Under the pieces are notes generated by a model, which was given only the letters and a program-made list of their open reading frames with translations, did not search any database and was not told where the DNA came from. From the NCBI GenBank assembly GCA_038998335.1, contig JAVZHQ010000002.1, positions 9,575 to 73,574 of the forward strand: a stretch of 64,000 bases of DNA, in the 5' to 3' direction. Positions 18,973-28,900 of this stretch are shown here, piece after piece. Both the position numbers and the translations under genes were made by a program. Numbering within the stretch: the first letter of the stretch is position 1; the number at the start of each line of letters is the position of its first letter. This stretch comes from Candidatus Aenigmatarchaeota archaeon (GTDB lineage Archaea > Aenigmatarchaeota > Aenigmatarchaeia > CG10238-14 > SCSR01).

Positions 18973-19077
18973 TTATTCAGTTGTGAATTCTAAAATAACC
19001 AAACCACATTTTTTACAAACGATCTCGCTCGATTTTTTCTCTAGCTTCTCGCTTCCGCACTCTGGGCATGACTTCAT
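18973..19077 (-). CDS. stand-alone 34-aa C4 zinc-ribbon protein (TFB N-terminal ribbon-like)
   Basis: Not in the ORF track (under 60 aa). My reverse-strand translation gives MKSCPECGSEKLEKKSSEIVCKKCGLVILEFTTE, with two CxxC pairs spaced as in the TFB/TFIIB N-terminal ribbon. It sits in an otherwise empty 318-bp intergenic region. Confidence 0.35.
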   Translation of the reverse strand: MKSCPECGSEKLEKKSSEIVCKKCGLVILEFTTE

Positions 19078-19199
19078 TCCTTACCCTTAATTAAAACATT
19101 AACCAAACTTTAAATTTTTTTCTGTTTAGTAAAAGCTATTTTTTGTTAACCCAAAATCAAAAGTTTAAATAACCAGAAAATAATTTTAAAGAGATTAGC

Positions 19200-20999
19200 A
19201 TGGTAAAAAAGTTTGTTTTAGATACAAGCATAATAATCGATAGAAAAGTCAAGGAATTGTTGGAAAAAGAGAAAGAAGTAGAAGTAATTATTCCTTTGGC
19301 TGTTCTTGACGAATTGCAAGCTCAAGCCTCAAAAGGAAGAGAGCCTGGGTTTATTGGTTTAGATGAACTTAAAAAGTTAAGAGAATTTTGTAAGGAGAAA
19401 AACATAAAGATTAGATTCACAGGAGAAAGACCAAGTTTAGAAGATATAAAACTTGCAAGGAGCGGAAGAATCGATGCTTTGATTAGAGATGTGGCAAAAA
19501 CAGAGAAAGCAATTTTGGTAACAGCAGATTATGTACAAGCTTTGGTAGCTGAGGCTGAAGGTTTAGAAGTGCTTTATATTGCTCCAGAAGTAAAAGTTAC
19601 TGGCTTAAAGTTTGAAAAATTCTTTACTCCTGACACTTTAAGCGTTCATTTGAAAGAAAAAGTTCCTCCCTTAGCGAAAAGAGGAAAACCTGGAAGGTTT
19701 GAACTTGTAAAAATAAGGGAAGAGCCTTGTACTTCTGAAGAAATAGAAGAAATAATAAGAGAAATTTCTGAAGCAACAAGAATAAGCGAAGAAGGTTATG
19801 TAGAAGTTGCAAGAGCAGGAGCAACAGTTTTGCAACTAGGAAATTACAGAATTGCAATAGCTAGACCGCCTTTTTCTGACGGTTTAGAAGTTACTATTGT
19901 AAGGCCTATAGTTAAGCTTAGATTAGAAGATTACAAGCTTTCAGACAAACTAATGCAAAGATTGAAAGAAAAAGCAGCAGGAATCTTGATTGCAGGTCCT
20001 CCTGGTTCTGGAAAAACAACTTTGGCCTCAAGCTTAGCAGAGTTTTATAAAAATCAAGGGAAAATAGTTAAAGCAGTCGAAAGTCCTCGCGACCTACAAG
20101 TTGGTCCTGAAATTACTCAGTATGGCCCCTTAGAAGGAGATTTTGAAAAAACTGCTGAGATTCTTTTGCTTGTTAGGCCTGATTATTCGATATTCGACGA
20201 AGTGAAAAAAACAAAAGATTTTGAAATATTTGCAGATTTAAGGTTAGCGGGAGTTGGAATGATCGGCACAGTACATGCTACTGACCCAATAGATGCTATT
20301 CAAAGGTTTATAACGAGAATTGAATTGGGAATGATTCCTCACATAATAGATACGATAATTTTTGTTAAAGATGGAGAAGTAAAAAAAGTCTACAAGCTTA
20401 GCATGGTAGTAAAAGTTCCTACTGGCATGACAGAAGCAGATTTGGCTAGGCCTGTTGTTGAAGTTAGAGATTTTGAAACTGATAAGTTAGAGTATGAAAT
20501 TTACACTTATGGTGAAGAAAATGTGATAGTTCCTGTTAGCGAAAAAGAAAAAGTTTCTGCTTTAAGAAAGTTAGCAAGTGAAAGAATCTTGCAAGAAATA
20601 AGAAAGTTTGATTCTAATGCTGAAGTTGAGTTCGTTACTGATGAAAAAGTTTTGGTAAGAGTTGATAATGAAGTTATTCCTCGTTTGATAGGAAAGAATG
20701 GAAGCATGATTTCAAAAATAGAAGAAAAGCTTGGAATAAGCATAGAAGTTGAACCAAAAATTCCTGCCTTAGGGAAGGAAGTATTTTTTCAAATAAACGA
20801 AACTGGAAATAGTTTAGAGTTTATTTTTGATCGTAACTTAACAGGAAAACCTGCAAACTTTTATGTTGATGAAGATTTCCTATTTTCAGCAACCATAGGT
20901 AAAAAAGGTAGTATAAAAATAACTAAAGCTTCTGAAATAGGAAAGGAATTGATAAAAGCTATAGTTTCGAAGAAAAAAATTAAAGTACTGACTTATTAA
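19200..20999 (+). CDS. PIN-domain / P-loop ATPase / KH-domain protein (PINA-like, PilT-family ATPase)
   Basis: N-terminal PIN (VLDTSIIIDRK), Walker-A LIAGPPGSGKTT, and a KH-like VIPRLIGKNGSMISKIEEKLGISIEV. This architecture matches archaeal PINA. Confidence 0.65.
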   Translation: MVKKFVLDTSIIIDRKVKELLEKEKEVEVIIPLAVLDELQAQASKGREPGFIGLDELKKLREFCKEKNIKIRFTGERPSLEDIKLARSGRIDALIRDVAKTEKAILVTADYVQALVAEAEGLEVLYIAPEVKVTGLKFEKFFTPDTLSVHLKEKVPPLAKRGKPGRFELVKIREEPCTSEEIEEIIREISEATRISEEGYVEVARAGATVLQLGNYRIAIARPPFSDGLEVTIVRPIVKLRLEDYKLSDKLMQRLKEKAAGILIAGPPGSGKTTLASSLAEFYKNQGKIVKAVESPRDLQVGPEITQYGPLEGDFEKTAEILLLVRPDYSIFDEVKKTKDFEIFADLRLAGVGMIGTVHATDPIDAIQRFITRIELGMIPHIIDTIIFVKDGEVKKVYKLSMVVKVPTGMTEADLARPVVEVRDFETDKLEYEIYTYGEENVIVPVSEKEKVSALRKLASERILQEIRKFDSNAEVEFVTDEKVLVRVDNEVIPRLIGKNGSMISKIEEKLGISIEVEPKIPALGKEVFFQINETGNSLEFIFDRNLTGKPANFYVDEDFLFSATIGKKGSIKITKASEIGKELIKAIVSKKKIKVLTY

Positions 21000-21012
21000 A
21001 TTTTAGTAGGGA

Positions 21013-21567
21013 TTGATTATCAAAAAATTAGGAAACTTTGAGATTCTCTTGCTTTCAACTTCCATTGCTAGTTTCGCAAGTGGTTTGATAGGACCGTTTT
21101 ATGTATTATACATCAACAAGCTGGGTGGGGCTATAGAAAACTTTGGAATCGCTTATGGTTTACTTATTTTAACTAACTCTTTAGCTTCTTACTTTAGTGG
21201 TAAATACTCGGATAGACTGGGGAGAAAGATGTTTTTAATAGCAAGTAATATCGCCTCTGCAATCATAATTCTCTTTTATTTGTTTGTTTCAGCTTTATGG
21301 CATCTGTTTTTTCTCCAAATTTTAAATGGTTTAATTAACGCAATGTGGAATGTCGCAGAGACAACATTCCTTGCAGACATTACAAAAAAGAAAACGAGAG
21401 GTTTAATGGTAGGAAAATATCGCGGTGTAATTGGTTTACTTACAGGAATTGCGGTAATGGTAAGTGGAATGATAATCGGAAAGTTTGGATTTGAGCTAAT
21501 GTTTTATATCTACTCCCTTATCGTTGGAATTTCTACCTTACCTTTATTTTTTATAGAAGAGAAGTAG
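21013..21567 (+). CDS. half-length MFS-like membrane protein (possible gene remnant)
   Basis: 184 aa. It starts inside what looks like the MFS TM2-TM3 signature (GKYSDRLGRKMF) and contains about 5 TM helices. TM1 and the C-terminal half of an MFS transporter are missing. Confidence 0.4.
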   Translation: MIIKKLGNFEILLLSTSIASFASGLIGPFYVLYINKLGGAIENFGIAYGLLILTNSLASYFSGKYSDRLGRKMFLIASNIASAIIILFYLFVSALWHLFFLQILNGLINAMWNVAETTFLADITKKKTRGLMVGKYRGVIGLLTGIAVMVSGMIIGKFGFELMFYIYSLIVGISTLPLFFIEEK

Positions 21568-22314
21568 TTAAACTTCGATTTCCAGCAATTTAGACTTTGT
21601 TAAAATTCTTACTCCTTTTCTAGTTAGTAAAGCATCGTTCTCTATCCTACAACCTGAAATTCCTTTAACATAAATTCCTGGCTCTATAGTAAAAACCATG
21701 CCTGGTTGAAAACTTATTTTTTTGATTTTTTTCCACTTCTCTTTCAGTTTTTTTAGTTTTTTCTTGCTCATTTTTTTCCTAAAGTTTGGTTTCCCTATTG
21801 TTGGCAATTCATGAATTTTCTTACCAAGACCATGACCTAAGGAATGACCAAGCTTGAAACTTTTTTTTCTCAAAAAAGAGTTTACTTTTTCATGCAGTTT
21901 CCAACAAGGCATTCCTACCTTTATCGATTTTATCGCAATTTCATAAGCCTTTAAAGTTGCTTCAACTATTTCTCTTTCTTTTTTACTTATTTTTCCTTTT
22001 ATAAAAGGAACTGTCACATCAGATTTGTAACCTTTGTAGCATGCTCCAAAATCAACATAACCTAAGCCTTTTATTATTTTATTAGTTGCCCTCGGCTTAG
22101 GATGAATACTTGCTGCTCTTTTACTGCAAGCAACTATTGTTCTAAAAGAGAGAGTAGCCCCTTGCTTTCTTATGTTTTTTTCTATTCTTCTTCTCAACTC
22201 TTTTTCTGTAATTTTTTCTTTTAAAGATTCTTCTATAATTTTCAAGCAAGAATTAGATATTCCACAAGCTTTTTTTATAAGTTGAATTTCCTTGCCTTTT
22301 TTAATTATGCCCAT
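21568..22314 (-). CDS. map: methionine aminopeptidase (M24A)
   Basis: Metal-ligand pattern YVDFGACYKGYKSDVT (D,D), GHGLGKKIHELP (H), FTIEPGIY (E) and RIENDALLT (E). A K-rich insertion is present. 248 aa. Confidence 0.65.
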   Translation of the reverse strand: MGIIKKGKEIQLIKKACGISNSCLKIIEESLKEKITEKELRRRIEKNIRKQGATLSFRTIVACSKRAASIHPKPRATNKIIKGLGYVDFGACYKGYKSDVTVPFIKGKISKKEREIVEATLKAYEIAIKSIKVGMPCWKLHEKVNSFLRKKSFKLGHSLGHGLGKKIHELPTIGKPNFRKKMSKKKLKKLKEKWKKIKKISFQPGMVFTIEPGIYVKGISGCRIENDALLTRKGVRILTKSKLLEIEV

Positions 22315-22327
22315 GAATAAGTACCGT

Positions 22328-22621
22328 TTATTCTCCCCAATCTTCTCCTTCTATTACTAATTCTTTCAGTTCAATTTTTTTATACGGATTGCCTTTTTCA
22401 TCTAGCAGCTCTTTGACCACTATTTCATACTCCAAACCACAATCTGGACAAGAATAAATTTCACCATTCTCAACATCTTCTTCAACCTCTATAGTTCTGC
22501 CACAATCTAAGCACTGAAGCTTGTACTTTCCTATTTTTCTAATCCCCTTTATAGAGATTGGACGATTTTCTGGAAGTGCTACTTTATTCAAATAATTTTC
22601 CATATCAATTTTATTTCTCAC
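22328..22621 (-). CDS. LysW/ArgW-type amino-group carrier protein homologue, extended 97-aa form
   Basis: Zn ribbon CLDCGRTIEVEEDVENGEIYSCPDCGLEYEIV, then an acidic arm ending ...VIEGEDWGE. The C-terminal GEDWGE is the conserved tail of LysW carrier proteins. Confidence 0.6.
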   Translation of the reverse strand: MRNKIDMENYLNKVALPENRPISIKGIRKIGKYKLQCLDCGRTIEVEEDVENGEIYSCPDCGLEYEIVVKELLDEKGNPYKKIELKELVIEGEDWGE

Positions 22622-22778
22622 TTAAAATTAAAAAACATTTCCATTTTTCGTAACTAGCTTTTTGTTAGCGTAAATTTCGCTATTTTTTTAACATCTATCA
22701 GACTAATCCTTAAACACGATTAAGTTTTAAAAAATTTGTAATATCAATCTTTATAAAATAAAAAAATAAATTAAAATT

Positions 22779-23975
22779 ATGAAACAACTCTTGATTATTT
22801 TAATTATTCTAATTCTTGCTGTTGTTCTTGTGGCTGGTTACTATTTTGGAATAGAACTTGAAATTTTTAGAGATCCGGGACAAATACTTTTTGAAGCAAT
22901 AGAAAAGTCATCAAAAATTGACAAGTACAGAATTAGTTATTCTGTTGGAGGTAGTATAGCTTTAGGAAGTATGGAAGTTTCGGTTAACGGAGACGCAACA
23001 ATAGTAAAATTTGAAAATAAATATAAAACTGTAGCTAATGTTTCTATGCCAAGTATGTTTGGAACTGGCACTACTTCAACATATTCAGAAACTTATATAC
23101 TTCCTGAAGGAAATGTAAAATGTGAAAAAGCTTCTCTAATAACTCAGAGATACTATTGCGTGGAAGTCGAACCATCGACAGGCTTTTCCCTTGGGGAAAG
23201 CATTTCATTCTCACCGCAAGCTCAAATAAACTTGCTTAAAGAATGGATGGAGAAGGGCATAATAAGAGTTTCAAACTTGGGTGTAAAATACATAATAAAC
23301 AGAAAGTGCAATAATCTAAAATTTGATGTAGACCTTAACAAACTCATGCAAAATGTTACAGGTGGCTTCACGATTAAAGAGGGAGAAGCAAGTTTTACGA
23401 TTGAAATGTGTTTAGATAAAGAGTATGGTATGGCTTTAGAAACAAAGTATAATATTTGGATTAAAAACTTAATGGGAAATGAGCTTGAGTTTAAAACAAA
23501 CATAGAAGCAACGAAACTAAGTTATGATGTTAGTAGAAGTGATGTTGAACTTCCTGTTCCTATTAGCGAAGTTAAATGGTTACCTAAACTTTCCATAATG
23601 AGTTCAGAGTGTGAGGCTAACTCAAATCTAGTAAAAGTTACTGTTAAAGCTAAAAAAGATATGCCAACAGGTCAAGCTCTTTTGAACATAACATGGGATG
23701 AGTACAAAGTAGGAGAAGGATTTAAAACATACAGCTTAACTTCTTCAACACCTTTTCCAGGTGCACGAAGCGGTGAAACTAAAGAATTAAGTTTTACTCT
23801 TCAATCTCCTCTAAAAGAAAGTGAAATCTACACTATAAAAGTTAAAATTGATGGTATCGAATCTGATACAGATTTATGCTATACTTGGAGTACAAGCATA
23901 TACTCTTTAGGTTCGATAACAAGTTATATGACAAGAATTGCTGAAAAATTTAGAAATATCACAAAAATATTCTAA
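22779..23975 (+). CDS. N-terminally membrane-anchored extracellular protein
   Basis: 398 aa: an N-terminal TM helix, then a beta-rich S/T/N-rich domain with scattered Cys. No known motif. Confidence 0.5.
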   Translation: MKQLLIILIILILAVVLVAGYYFGIELEIFRDPGQILFEAIEKSSKIDKYRISYSVGGSIALGSMEVSVNGDATIVKFENKYKTVANVSMPSMFGTGTTSTYSETYILPEGNVKCEKASLITQRYYCVEVEPSTGFSLGESISFSPQAQINLLKEWMEKGIIRVSNLGVKYIINRKCNNLKFDVDLNKLMQNVTGGFTIKEGEASFTIEMCLDKEYGMALETKYNIWIKNLMGNELEFKTNIEATKLSYDVSRSDVELPVPISEVKWLPKLSIMSSECEANSNLVKVTVKAKKDMPTGQALLNITWDEYKVGEGFKTYSLTSSTPFPGARSGETKELSFTLQSPLKESEIYTIKVKIDGIESDTDLCYTWSTSIYSLGSITSYMTRIAEKFRNITKIF

Positions 23976-23979
23976 GAAT

Positions 23980-25086
23980 TTATTCCAGAAGTTTTCCGTT
24001 CTCCATTATTAGTTTTTTATCAGCGTATACAAAGCTATTCTTCATATCCTTAAAGAAATCCCAGTGAATAGTGGAATCATTTTTTCCGCCAAAGTGCCTA
24101 TTTCTTCCTATTGCTAAATGAACAGTCCCTCTAACTTTTTCGTCAATTATTATTAGCCCGCCAGTAATTTTTGCTTTCGGGTTTGTTCCTATAGCAAATT
24201 CTGCTATTCTATCCTTATCACCAGAAGCGTTTTCTAAAACCTCTTCAAAACATTTCTTTCCTTTCTTTATATCATATTCTACAACTTTTCCTTTTTCAAA
24301 CCTAAACCAAACACCTTCTACCTGCTTACCATAATGCCACATGCATGGCAAATCAAAATAGATTTCGCCGTTAGCTGAATTTTCAACAGGAGCACAAAAA
24401 ACTTCTCCTTCTGGCAAGTTAATGTAGCCAAAATTTTCTTTCTCAATTATTCCACAAGAATTTATGAATTTTCTTCCTCTAATCGAAAATTTCAAGTCAG
24501 TTTGCTCGCCAACTATTCTGATTTCCTTTGCGTTTTGCAATTTTTTAATTAGCATTTTATTATACTCATAAAGCTTGAAGTAATTCACTTTCATACAATC
24601 CCAGAAAATCTTCTCTAAAGTTTTGAAAGGAAGCTTTAAAGCCTTGGCTACTTCCTTGTTCGGAAAACCTATCAAAGCTGTTCTAAGCTCTTTTCTCTTT
24701 TCTCTTCTTTCTTTCCTTTCTCTTATAGGCTTGGTTACTTTCCTTCTTATTTCAATTTTCTTCTGAGGCAATTGTCTTGCAATGAAAGGGTTTGTATCAT
24801 CTATTATTATTTCAACATCAGCAATTCTTGACAAAACATCAGCAAGCCTAGGAAAATTTTTCAAGTACTTTATTTTTATCGAGTTGTAAGTTTTAAGTGC
24901 TAATTCATCGCTCCCGTAAAAAATTGCTGGCTGGGCTCCAACCTTAGAAGCTTCTAAAGCCAAAGCTTCAGCAAACTTTAAAGACTTTGGACCAGCGTTT
25001 ATTATTGTAATATCTTTTTCTTTTACCCCAAGATTAATTCTGATTATTGTTCTTGCTATTCTTTGGAGTTCTTCCTCGTGCAGCAT
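23980..25086 (-). CDS. M29-family (AmpS/PepS-like) aminopeptidase
   Basis: N-terminal pattern ...INLGVKEKDITIINAGPKSLKFAEALALEASKVGAQP and C-terminal GTVHLAIGRN...TIHWDF resemble M29 signatures. A K/R-rich insertion is present. Confidence 0.55.
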   Translation of the reverse strand: MLHEEELQRIARTIIRINLGVKEKDITIINAGPKSLKFAEALALEASKVGAQPAIFYGSDELALKTYNSIKIKYLKNFPRLADVLSRIADVEIIIDDTNPFIARQLPQKKIEIRRKVTKPIRERKERREKRKELRTALIGFPNKEVAKALKLPFKTLEKIFWDCMKVNYFKLYEYNKMLIKKLQNAKEIRIVGEQTDLKFSIRGRKFINSCGIIEKENFGYINLPEGEVFCAPVENSANGEIYFDLPCMWHYGKQVEGVWFRFEKGKVVEYDIKKGKKCFEEVLENASGDKDRIAEFAIGTNPKAKITGGLIIIDEKVRGTVHLAIGRNRHFGGKNDSTIHWDFFKDMKNSFVYADKKLIMENGKLLE

Positions 25087-25123
25087 ATTAATAATTTAAA
25101 CTAAAGAATAATTTAATAGTTAA

Positions 25124-25223
25124 GCCCCTGTAGCTCAGTTTGGACAGAGCAGCGGCTTAAGTCTAGTTTAATGAGCTGCCGAACCTAAGCCGATGGTCGA
25201 GGGTTCAAATCCCTCCAGGGGCA
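25124..25223 (+). tRNA. tRNA-Arg (anticodon CCT) with a 25-nt BHB intron (25159-25183) between positions 33 and 34
   Basis: Acceptor GCCCCTG/CAGGGGC+A; T-arm GAGGG-TTCAAAT-CCCTC. The pre-tRNA forms a 4-bp helix CGGC/GCCG flanked by 3-nt bulges TTA and AAC. Cleaving after the second bulge nucleotide gives the mature anticodon arm GCGGC-TTCCTAA-GCCGA. The exon sequence is about 90% identical to the Arg-TCT gene at 794-868. Confidence 0.7.
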
Positions 25224-25411
25224 TTAGTATTTTCTGAATGTGGAAAAAACTATAACAAGCCCTATTTCTAAAGGCAAACCAAAAAGTTTTGAGAGATCGT
25301 TAGAAAGAAAATCAAGAGGCTGACTGTAGGCTATTATGCAATCCTTAAGCTTGCTTCCTACAATTAACTAATTAAACCAAAAATATTAAACTTTTAAGCT
25401 CAAAAGTTCAA

Positions 25412-25897
25412 ATGAAAATTATGCTGCCTTTAATAGTTGGAGTTCTTCTTTTACTAATAGCTGTATATATAGGAATAAAAATTCTAAAAAACATAATCCT
25501 AGGAATAATTCTTATTTTCTTAGTTCTTTTTGGTTCATTCCTTATCTTTGGTTCCGTTCCAAACTTAAGAGAAATTCCTTTTATTGGGCAGTTTCTTCCT
25601 TCAATTTCAGGGCCTCAAGACGTTATTTTAGCGATAAAAAACATTCTTTATAGCATAGAAATTGTTGATGTTAGCAGAGATTCTCAAAACAATTTACTTA
25701 TCGCAGTAGCTAACACAGGAAAACTAGAAGTTTCTCAGATAAAGGTTTTTATTGACAATCAAAGCGCAAGCATTCTTAATAAACCAAAAGACCCTTTAAA
25801 ATCTGGAGAAATTACTCTTATCCAAACAGATTGGAACCAAACTTTTTCTGAAATTTTAGTCCAAACAAAACAAGTAAACGCAACCTACAAAAGCTAA
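25412..25897 (+). CDS. small membrane protein
   Basis: 161 aa with two N-terminal TM helices, then a soluble domain. Confidence 0.4.
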   Translation: MKIMLPLIVGVLLLLIAVYIGIKILKNIILGIILIFLVLFGSFLIFGSVPNLREIPFIGQFLPSISGPQDVILAIKNILYSIEIVDVSRDSQNNLLIAVANTGKLEVSQIKVFIDNQSASILNKPKDPLKSGEITLIQTDWNQTFSEILVQTKQVNATYKS

Positions 25898-25935
25898 CAA
25901 TAATTTTATAAAAAACCAAATTATAAGAAGAGAAA

Positions 25936-28900
25936 ATGAAAAAATTTTTAATTTTTTGCTTTGCAGCAATACTTTTTTTAATCTTGTTAGAAGTTAGTTT
26001 TTCTTTATTTAACTCAAGCACAAGTGGAGAGTTTGATGTTAAAGCTTATGTTAGGCTAAGCCTTGATAATCACTTCACAGAAAATGTTTATGTAAACAAT
26101 ACTAAAGAGTATAATATTTCTGTAACTTTTGATAATTCTTCTTCTGTTGAATTTCTCTACGGTCCTTTTAATTTTTTATTTTTACTTGTAGTCAATGACA
26201 CAGGGGACTTTTCAAACGAAAATTACATTACAAACAATTCGTTAGTTAATTTTACTTTGATAGCATACTGTAATCAAACTTGCTTTCCTGGGAAATATAA
26301 AAGCAACTTCACAGTTTATAATTCAACAAATTCAACAGAAAACACAACGGTAGAGGTGGAAGTTGATTGGCCCATACTTGTTAACGAAAATGGAACAGGT
26401 TTTTTCAATGGAACGTTTCCTTACAAATCGGCAACTTATCATTCTTTTTTCTTTAACACAAGCAATATAACGAACTCTACTGGAGTGAGTATTTGGTTAA
26501 TAGATGTAAACGAATATTTTAACGGAACTGAAAATTTAGATGTTTTCCTTGTTGATAAGAACGGTAAACTCAAGGCTAAATCAATTGTTTCTGATATTTT
26601 CTGTACGAATGAGACCGAATGTTATAAGATAAAACCTTTAAGCTATAAGAACTTGCCAGAAAATGAAGTATGGGAAATAAGAATAGCAAATTCAAGCGAA
26701 ACAGCTTCTTATTCTGGAATGCTAACTTTAACCACTTTAAACGTAACTAATGAAAGTGAAATAATAGATGAAATTAATTTTGACGGGCTAAATTCAACTA
26801 TAAACTTCAGAAGTACTGTTATACAATTAAGAAACGAAGGTCAAAGGCCGCTTGAGGTTGATAGCGGCTTGGACTTTATAACATTTTATTACCTTAAAAG
26901 GTTTGAGGGTTCTGGACCCAAGGATTTTTACATTCTCTTGCCTGATAATGATGTAATAAACTATACTGATGTCTCTCTAGTTTGGAATGGAAACAGCGAT
27001 TACTCGCTAAAAGTTTTTAACCCTCTAGGAAATCTCGTAGGCGAATCTAGCGACAAATCGATAAGTGCAAAAGTTTGTGATGTTGAAAGGGAAGAACTTG
27101 TAAGAATTACGCAAGAAAATATTTTACCGGGTTATTGGAGAATAGCAGTTTCTAACTCAACGCCTTCTAACGACAGCTACAATCTCACAGTCTTCCTTTA
27201 TCTTAACTCAAGGCAATGGTTCGAAACAAACTTTTCCAAAATTGTTTTAAATTCTACTAACGTAACAGAAGTAAACATTACTTTAAAACTAGGGAAGTCT
27301 TACTTAGACGGAGAATATGGTGGAAATATTAAATTTCTCCATAACGATTATGGTCTAGCTTGGGTAGAAGTTCCTGTTCACACCTTTGTTAATACTTCTA
27401 TGCTTGTTGTAAACGGAACTTTTAAGACAGGCTTGATAAAAATAAAGGAAAGTACAGATTTCAACATAACAAAAACTTTTAACGTAACAATAGAAAACCC
27501 AGGCTCTTACGAGCTTAAACTCAATTGCTCTAAACAAATTTTAAGAAATAAAAACAATCAAAACAAAACCATTGATTTAAAAGTTGAGTGCCCTTCTTCC
27601 ATTCCTTCAAATTCTTCAGGCTTGTTAAACTTGACACTAGAAATCAACACTCTAAACACAAGCAACCTTCCAGGTTTGTATGAAGGCTGGATTTACTTAA
27701 ATTCTTCAGAGGCTCAACCTTACAATTATTTCAACCTCACGCTTCAAGTTAACTTGAGCAACGAATTAAACGTAAAAATTTATGACTTGAGAACTGCAGA
27801 CAGCGATACGCAAGTAGAAGATTCAAACTTGAGCGAAAACATAACCTTAATTTTCAACGTTACTCTTGCTAATAGCTCAAGCTTTGAAACTTTAACAAAG
27901 GATAACTTTAAAGTCAACCTTACTCACACGAATGTTAGTTTTTCAAGATATTTTAACGTTTCAAACGCTAATAGCGAAATATTTAACGGAAACTACAGCG
28001 TTAACTTTACACTCCCAGCTAAATTCCCTGGAGGTTATTATAGTGTGATTTTAAACGTAACTTATGGAACTTTAAACGGAAAAGACATTTTCAATTATCT
28101 TTTCATCAACAACACTGCTTTAAGACTAAGACTTCCTTCTTATGATTTCTCTGTTACAAATGGAAGTAGCTTCTTAGTTAATGTTTCTGTAGATAATTTT
28201 GGTCCTGTAAATGCGACTAATGCAAGAGTAAAAATTGTAATTGGGACTTATTGTTTAGCAAGCGTTAAGTTCCACTCTGGAAAATGTGAAGGTAGAGATG
28301 TGGTAAAGATTCAAGAAAGTGAAGTTGCTTTCAACTTAAGTGCTAATAAAATTAATTCATGTTATGTTGTTTGGAATGTAACCGCTGGCAACACCATAAC
28401 TTCTTGCGACTCTCGAATAGAAGGATATAACGCAACATTTTTTGGAAACTTAACCTTTTGGACAACTGTAACCGAACAAACTGCTGGAGGCGGACCTGGA
28501 GGTGGAACACAACCATCTTACTTTTATAATTTAACCTTTACAAAAGCTGAGAGGCTAATTATAGTTAAACAAAACTCGACAAACTCAACAATAGTAATAG
28601 TTAAAAACACAGGAAATGTTTCTCAAGAAGTATTCTTCGGAGTTCTGTACATTAACTCAAGTTGGTATAGAATTAACTCAACTAATGTAACTCTTGCTCC
28701 AAATCAAGAAGCTGCTTTTCTCGTTAACTTTACTGTTGGTATGGAAGAACCAAAAGATTATACAGGAAGGTTTAGAGCTTATAGCTCAAACAACACAATA
28801 ATTTCTGATTTTACCCTAAGAGTTTTGCCTTTAGTAACTTTAAACGAAAGTCAGATAAGGGAAATAAACGATACACTCTTGCTTTATGAAGTCCAAATGC

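Noticed and set aside
19624-19857. Numerous short K/E- or L/F-rich low-complexity stretches flagged as possible repeats
   Set aside because: These are a compositional consequence of the AT-rich genome. Only the 21-bp tandem (57220-57266) and the 33-bp direct repeat (44998/45207) are true sequence repeats.
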